Below, piece after piece: positions 57,398 to 64,000 of a stretch of 64,000 bases of DNA. The notes beneath the pieces were generated by a model. It searched no databases. It was not told where the DNA came from and was given only the letters and a program-made list of their open reading frames with translations. Position 1 is the first letter of the stretch. Each line of letters opens with the position of its first letter. The position numbers and the translations under genes were made by a program. The DNA is from Setoptus koraiensis (taxonomy: Eukaryota > Animalia > Arthropoda): the NCBI GenBank assembly GCA_048013815.1, contig CM106585.1, positions 7,750,001 through 7,814,000 of the forward strand. The letters run 5' to 3'.

Positions 57398-59924
57398 GCT
57401 GCTTCGCCAATCTAGCCAGACTGTCGCTGTTTGGCGACGACAATTTATTTACAGTTACAGCACTTATTTTGGCCAGCGTAACAGGCGACTCATCGCGGCC
57501 AACAGCGCCAATTGAAGCAGATAAGCCAATTTGTCTGTTATAGGTCGCGCTTGAGTGCCGAGCTGTGCGGTTGCCACAGTCGTCATACATTGAGTCAACA
57601 TTGTTGTTGGTTTGTTGTCGGTCGTCATCGTTGTCGCTGTCATTGTTGCTGTCGTTGTTGGCGTCGCTGTTGCTGTTGCTGTCGTTGTTGCTGTCGGGCC
57701 CTCGCCGCCGCAGCCGCCGCCGCTGATTGGATGCGTCTGTTGTTGTTGATCGGCGCGCCGGGCGACACAAGCCGCCAGCTTGCCGTTGCTGCCTACCGGT
57801 GGGTTGGTTGGTTTGGTTGCCACTGTCACAAGTAGCAACAAAAAGACCAGCCTCGCTATTGGGGCCGCCGTCGCAATGGTCGTACCCGAAGACGCCCCCG
57901 ACAACCGCCGGTTGTCGGCCGCTAGACCGCAGCACAGGTAGCTGCTTCTGCTGCTGCTGGTGGCGGCTTGTAACGAGCGTGGGCAGCAATAAGTTGTCGC
58001 TGCTTAGCATAACAATGCCACGCTTATTATTGTTACTACTGTTACTATTATTATCATTATTATTATTGCCATTATTATTGTTTTGGGCACTTCCACAAGG
58101 GGTCGCGGCGCTGCTAAACTGTAACTCCTGACAATGGGCCCCACTCTCCAGAGCGCCCCCATTAGCGCCACTAATGCTAAATATATCGGGCCGTCGTTCG
58201 GGATTGTGCCATTTCGTCAACTTACAATCGTCGCTCGCTACAATTGACGGCAAACATATTACGGGTGCCGAGCGGGCAGTGTTGGCACTATTTGGGCTGT
58301 TCCCCAAAGATGTGCCCGATGCTGCAAATTTATCCGATCTGTTCAATGAATAGTCGACAGTGCTCACAGTGGGCACATTTGCCGTGTTACGAGGCGCCCG
58401 CTCCAACGTGGGCCCAACGCGATGCGATCGCCTGGCAAAAACGTCTCGCTCATTACTCAAATTCGCTACCCCAAGACACTTTGTGACGGCCAGTGATGGG
58501 GCCAACAGTGATGAAGAGGACGACTGTCGGCCACTTGCGTCGGACGCACCCCAATCGCGCCAGTTCATCCAGTTCGAGTCGGCCACCAGCCGCTCCACAT
58601 GTCCGGCCGGCAAGTTAATTGGCTCTAATTGCAGCCGAGGGCCAGTGGCGCCACCAGCGGCGCACTGCAACGAGCCCAGGCCGGCGCCCAACAGTCTTTT
58701 TTTGCTTTTTCCAGGCGCCCAACCGCTGGCCTGGGCGGCTTCAGCGGCCTCAGAGGCCCCTGTCGGCGATGGTGCGCCAGCCAGAATACCGGGCCTGTCT
58801 TGGCTGGCCCCGTCTGGCCGTTGTGACGTCTGGCCGCGGTCGGCCGGCTTACTGTTATTATCTGTCTTGCTGCTGCTGTTGCTGCCAAAATTGTCTCCTC
58901 CTTTTGGACCGCTGTTGTCGTTGCTGTCGCTGTTGGAATGCTGGCCCGCTGACGCACTGCCGCTGCTCACCTGTCTTGGCCCACATGGCCCCAAAAATAC
59001 ATTATGCGGTTCCTCCGAACTCTTGTTGGCCATTATAATGGCGTTTGGGCTTGCACAAGTTGCATTGTTATCATAACTGTTATTATTGTTATTGCAGTCG
59101 TCATAATAATGCCGCTGCTGACCCTCGACTGGCTCGAATGTCAGCTCACCTACAATGTGGCCAGCGTCATTCACCTGTCCACCTCTAATCTGGTGGCTTT
59201 GTTGCTTTTTTTCTTCTCCGTTGCTGCTGCTGCCAATTGTGAGCTGTTTCTCTTGGATCTTTGTCTCATCATTTGTGTCATCAATACCAGTCGCAATGGC
59301 ACAGTCGCCGCCGGAGTCGCCGCTCGGGTCGCCGCTCGGGTCGCCGCTCAAGTCGCCGCCACAATCACGGTCAAATTTATCATGTTCCCGCTCCGTCAGA
59401 GATGATAATCTTGCCTTGCCTCCGGTGTGTCGCCGATGCTGACCCTCGTCAGGTTTGCTCTGCCTTGCACCACCATTATTATTTGCACAATTAAGCCCCA
59501 CATCGCAGCACAAGAGGTCCTCCGCACCATCAACAATGTCACTTTTTATGGCCTGGCCACTAGTGCTCGGTCCGGCATGCTTTTCTTGGCCAACCAAAGA
59601 GCATTCTTTTTCGACTGGATTTGAATCGGACGACATGCAGCGCTGAATATCCTCGTGCTTATCTTTGTCATTGTTTTCATGATTGTGCTCATAATCATTT
59701 GCAGACTCATGACGCCGATGCGCTGATTTAGGCTGACTCTTTCGGGGCGCCCTCGTCTTATCCGGCGCCTCATTATTCTTGATGGTCATGAATGATTGCA
59801 ACGAATGGCCCGAGTTCATTGATTCGGCCGCATTGGCGCAATGATCAGAGTCGCTTTTGATGTCTTTGTCACAAACAAAACTCACTATAGGTTGCGTAAT
59901 GTGCCGACTAACTGACGAGCCCAT
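56324..59924 (-). CDS. 3.6-kb coding exon of a giant low-complexity protein (probable first coding exon, starts MGSSVS)
   Basis: 1207-codon open frame with poly-Q/poly-N tracts in the sense frame. In-frame TAA four codons before the ATG. Strong phase-1 donor ACA G|GTGAGT at 56323. Confidence 0.8.
57300..57401 (-). repeat. About 34-codon poly-Gln tract, almost all CAA, within the 3.6-kb exon
   Basis: Read directly from the sequence. Confidence 0.92.
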
Positions 59925-60676
59925 AAGTTTGGCTTAAACATTGACAAATCCAGACAAAGCTCTCTTTTTTTATTTATCCACCTGTATATCCTGTTTATCT
60001 ATATTTCTGGGGCGTGATTTCTTGATGTCCATTGTACACAAAAAGATGATTTTATTCACAATCATGGCACACTTTGAACAGTTACAATTACAATGCTCAC
60101 AATTCATACTGACACTGGTCTATACACAGTCACAGTACAATGGTCGTTCTTGCCCAATCAGCCGCCTCAGATTTGTCGGACACGTATGTTCGAACTAGTT
60201 AAATTAGTGTCTATATGACAACAGATGATGTAATAGGTAATCGAAGTTATCAAAAGCAATAAAAATATACGGAAGAATTGAACGAGCGATAGATCAATTT
60301 AGACACAAGAGGGAACAAGAGGCCCGTGGGGGAGCCACTTTTATTGGCGTCAGTTTTATATATTGGTCAGTAATGAAGTAACAATAATTGTGTCTCTGTT
60401 TTTGCTGGCGTGATTCTCGTTCATTAGTGTACTAGCTATCGTTGCCAATTAGTGCGGCCATTATTAGTATCTGGAACCAAAATTGATGATTGGTTAGGGT
60501 CACGCTCAGCGGTGCAAATCATCATGAGTACAGTGTGGAGTCTTACAGTGTATCACCTGGCGACTATCATCATCATTAAACATTATCATTGGTTGATTAT
60601 TATTTCTTGGATGTGCAAGGATATTTACGTCGATGTGCAATTAGTTTTGATTGTTGTCACAGTTGGATGGGCACAA

Positions 60677-60706
60677 TTACTCAATTAACAGTCGGTCATT
60701 TAGTGC
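60677..60706 (-). CDS. CASD1: Probable CASD1 terminal micro-exon (ALNDRLLIE-stop)
   Basis: Donor CCC|GTGAGC at 60784, a 78-bp intron with ACTAAC branch point and AACAG acceptor, and an in-frame 9-codon tail. Confidence 0.55.
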   Translation of the reverse strand, partial: ALNDRLLIE

Positions 60707-60784
60707 CTGTTATTGTTGTTAGTTACTAACTAAAAACTGTCAGTTCTGTATTGTTGTGTCCATTAATTATTATCTAAGGCTCAC

Positions 60785-61183
60785 GGGAGCTACTACCATC
60801 ACGAATATAATCATGTTTCGGATTATAGCGCGCCAATCGTCTGTCTGGGCACAATAAGGTAAAAGATGGCTGATGATATTGTTCAATTTGTGTGAGGCAG
60901 TTATAAATATCAATGACGTTATCACCAGATTTAATGTTGGATAACTGGGCACCAATACCAGAATGCCATAGGTGCCAGCAGCAAGCCAAATGTGATACTG
61001 GCATAACGACGATTCTAAGGTTATACGTCCAAAGAAGGCAAAGAAAACACTATGTCGTTGACGTAGAAACTCGGTTGAGTTTCTCAATATTATAAATGCC
61101 ACTATTGGTATAAAAGCAATATAGGCATGGATCTCATCACAGGCTGACTTATCTTGGCACATGGAGGCAAATATTACATAACA
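60785..61183 (-). CDS. CASD1: CASD1 exon 3 (133 codons)
   Basis: Acceptor TTGTAG|TGT gives CYVIFASMCQDKSACDEIHAY..LRN..FFAFFGRITLE..QYHIWLAAGT, the CASD1 C-terminal membrane block. If the last intron is not spliced the CDS ends at TAA 60770-60772. Confidence 0.88.
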
Positions 61184-61351
61184 CTACAAGTCCATTTTTC
61201 GTGTAACCATTAATTTGCGATAGAGATGATAGGGGAAGAGAATGAGTTGTTACTATAGTTTTGAGCTCTTTCCAAACAGATAATGAATAGTATAGGTTAT
61301 GTTACTGAACAATCGGCTTAATATAATCCAATAGCGAATATCTATACTCAC

Positions 61352-61930
61352 CAAAATGCCCACTATGGATGATGACACGATTACAGTAGGTGCCGAATTG
61401 GGTAAATGCAAAGGTCTAACAGTGTTGTTGTTCAGTTGTTGCTGATTTACACTAGCCTGTCCATGAATAGAGGCCCAACTTGGACTTATTACATCGTGCA
61501 CTTTAAGTAACCACATTAAATAGGCAAAAATCATTCCGGCTGGCACACTGTAACGGTCTATGGTGAAATGTAACCACCAAGCTTGTATAGAGGCATCTGT
61601 GTCGGTATTCACTTCTCCATTATGACTACCGAAGGGCTCCGATTGTCTTGGCAGTGGCCTTCTTAGGGGTTCAAGGGCGAATATTCTCTCGATAAACACC
61701 TCCGATAGATACAGTAGGGTAATCGTGCCCAATAAAACAGAGAACTTGATAAACATTTTCAGGGCTCCATTTGTGCTGAATTTGTCCAAGGCCGAAGATG
61801 GGCTCACCTTCATGAATAGAAATATGATTAGGAACCACACAGACACTAGCGATACAAAATAATAGCTCAGATAGGACCTGTTCATTGACATGCACAAACA
61901 GAGCGCCAACATGTTTAGTCGGAACAATAC
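61352..61930 (-). CDS. CASD1: CASD1 exon 2 (193 codons)
   Basis: Acceptor TTGTAG|GTA TTG TTC CGA gives VLFRLNMLALCL..MNRSYLSYYFVSLVSVWF, the expected continuation. A 113-bp intron lies upstream (61931-62043). Phase-0 donor TTG|GTGAGT at 61351. Confidence 0.9.
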
Positions 61931-62043
61931 CTACAATTGTGTTTGGTTGATAAACGCGAAAAGTAATTTGAAAAATGTGATCATGATGTTTAGGCTTGAT
62001 TTGGGCAAAAAGTTTTGAGCAATATCATCATTGATCAACTTAC

Positions 62044-63861
62044 CCTCCATAATCTCTTGATGGACAAATCTTTTGTCTCCCAGAAATAGGTGAAATGTCC
62101 GTAACCAGTTAGGAACAGATAAGAGGATAAAAGTACACGAATAAGCATATAGATGCGGACGTTCTTAGAGGCCCCAGACATGTTGTAGATGAGTATGACT
62201 AATTGCATCCAACCCTTCCATTCGCTTGTTTGATTCCTATCCAATATAAAGCTGCTAGATGATGGTGCCGGTGTGGGCGCTTGAGAGTCGCCACTTGTTT
62301 GATGGGCACCAGTTTGTTGTTGTTCTGTAAAAAATAAACCTAACGCAAACACATAGGTGATGGGCAGCAAAAAGTTTGCCAAAGTAAAGTATTTGTTTTC
62401 TTTCATGAAGAAATTTGTTTGATCACAAATGAAAAAATATATAACAATTGCTCCTAGTTGGGCTAGTTGCATCACAAGATCACTGTCCAAGCCAGATGAA
62501 CGTAAATAGCGAATTTCCGTTTGGTAATGAGAAGTGACATTTGGATAGTCACTAGCGCAGCTCTGATTTGTCACCACTATATTGGAGCCATCTGGTTCGT
62601 CCAGCGGATTATTATCGCCCAATATTTCATTGTCGTCTATCAAACAAATGGAATCCTGTTGAGACAATTTATGCCAGCGCATGTTCGTTCTGGCAAATCG
62701 AGTTTGCTTGGAATATCTATGTCGCACCATTATAAAACAGGCCATTAGCACTGATATTACAGCTACTGATAGAATAAACACTTGGACTGTATTGACTTGA
62801 GGATTATCGCTACAACAAGTGCCTTCGAAATTGTTGATTGGATTACACACTAAATTCATTAGAATCTGAGCTTTATAGTCTAGTACCAGCTCATTAGAGT
62901 GTATGCCATCTTTCTCAATACTATCAATTAGGCCCGATGCTATAGCTCTCGAGCTACTCCATATATGAACATTTTTGTTGCTTTTCAACGTCTTCAATAT
63001 GCTCTTAGTGGCATAGTTGAATTCATCAATTTGAGTATTGGTTATATTAGCATAAATCAGATCCTCTGATATGGGGTCTTGCAAAGCCCATAGTATCTTG
63101 GTACTTCTGGATGCCAACTCATCAATCATAGGTGTGAGACGGGTCAAATTTCGTTTGAATTGCACCAGGGTGTTTGAGTAAGCTAGATCATCATCGTTGA
63201 TAAATGCCATATTTCGCCTATTGTTACTTTTAGTTACTTTTAATTGTTCGTTATAGTAATTCCACAAGGCACTGCCCAGTACCAACAGTCTGGGATTCTT
63301 CTCTAGTTTGCTCTCTTGGTATCTCTGATTGCGACTAGCCAATATCCAATTGTTTATATTGTGAAATAGATCGTCTGACACTAAGGGTCTCCATAGGAAC
63401 TCAAATCTGATCATAAGTTTATCATCAATGTATAAATGATCCCTATGTAGGGTGGTGTCATTTATAAGACTTTGGGTTTGTGACGACAGGAATTTCGCTG
63501 ACGAAAGATGATGAGTTGAATATGATGAAGATTTCGTAAATAAATGATCTGTAATATATTTGTATAACTGTAACATTCTTGTATCTCCTGCTATCACAAT
63601 ATAGTTGACGTTTTCATACATGGCACCTGTTTCTTTGAGGCAAGATCTGGCATCTGTTTTGTTGTAAGTGTACATGAGGCATCCGTATGGTTGCCAATTT
63701 TGGTTGGCCACAAAATGGCCATGACTCAAAAGCCATTTGCACGAGTCTGTTGTATAACCTAGATGAAAGATAGAATGATATACTATGAGTATACCTATTA
63801 TGATAAGTACGGATCCCCTAACTTTGCTGATGGCGTGGGTCAGTAGGGCCTCCTCGCTCAT
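62044..63861 (-). CDS. CASD1: CASD1-family (Cas1p/sialate 9-O-acetyltransferase-like) gene, exon 1 (606 codons)
   Basis: 608-aa ORF with CASD1 hallmark blocks: DSCKWLLSHG..WQPYGCLM, GD(T)R, DGIH, FFICDQTNFFMKENKYF, LDRNQTSEWKGWMQLVILIY, IRVLLSSYLFLTGYGHF. It ends at a phase-0 donor AGG|GTAAGT (intron starts 62043). Confidence 0.95.
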
Positions 63862-64000
63862 TTTCGCGGAAAAACAAGAAGAAGAAGTGGTCTTCTACAC
63901 CAAGCAACAATACACTAAAGGGTGGCTGCAAGAGGATTCAATTTTCACAGCAAGCACTTGTTCTATTCGGTAAGAAATCACAAAAAAAGTCGAGATCCAC

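Noticed and set aside
60677-63861. Horizontal origin of CASD1 suggested by its distinct composition
   Set aside because: It has spliceosomal introns and the animal CASD1 architecture, and other plain zones share the composition.
63785-63973. 62-aa + strand ORF overlapping the CASD1 start
   Set aside because: It is short, antisense to a conserved CDS and has no recognisable motif. A divergent gene beyond the window cannot be excluded.

Overview
This is eukaryotic (metazoan, arthropod-like) genomic DNA. The evidence is GT-AG introns with ACTAAC branch points, a Pol III tRNA gene and an animal-type CASD1 gene. A compact mite-like genome is a guess only. No operons, CRISPR arrays, rRNA or recognisable transposase/RT ORFs were seen. 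Firm calls are tRNA-Val(AAC) at 13326-13398 (-) and a 3-4 exon CASD1-family O-acetyltransferase gene at 60677-63861 (-). Four very large low-complexity minus-strand exons have clean splice signals (56324-59924, 45627-50522, 31988-33713, 13855-14815). The first two splice in frame into a protein of at least 2,800 aa that I cannot name with confidence. The window alternates between zones rich in microsatellites, short tandem duplications and GGGCCC palindromes, and plain AT-richer zones lacking them. The best leads are a Ser-to-Thr change at the CASD1 catalytic motif, the giant microsatellite-built gene (possible Sec14/spectrin remnant), the compartmentalised GGGCCC/palindrome signature, and a candidate orphan gene on the + strand near 27-28 kb. 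I found no clear multi-gene novel system. All counts are hand counts and all family assignments are from memory, without database searches.
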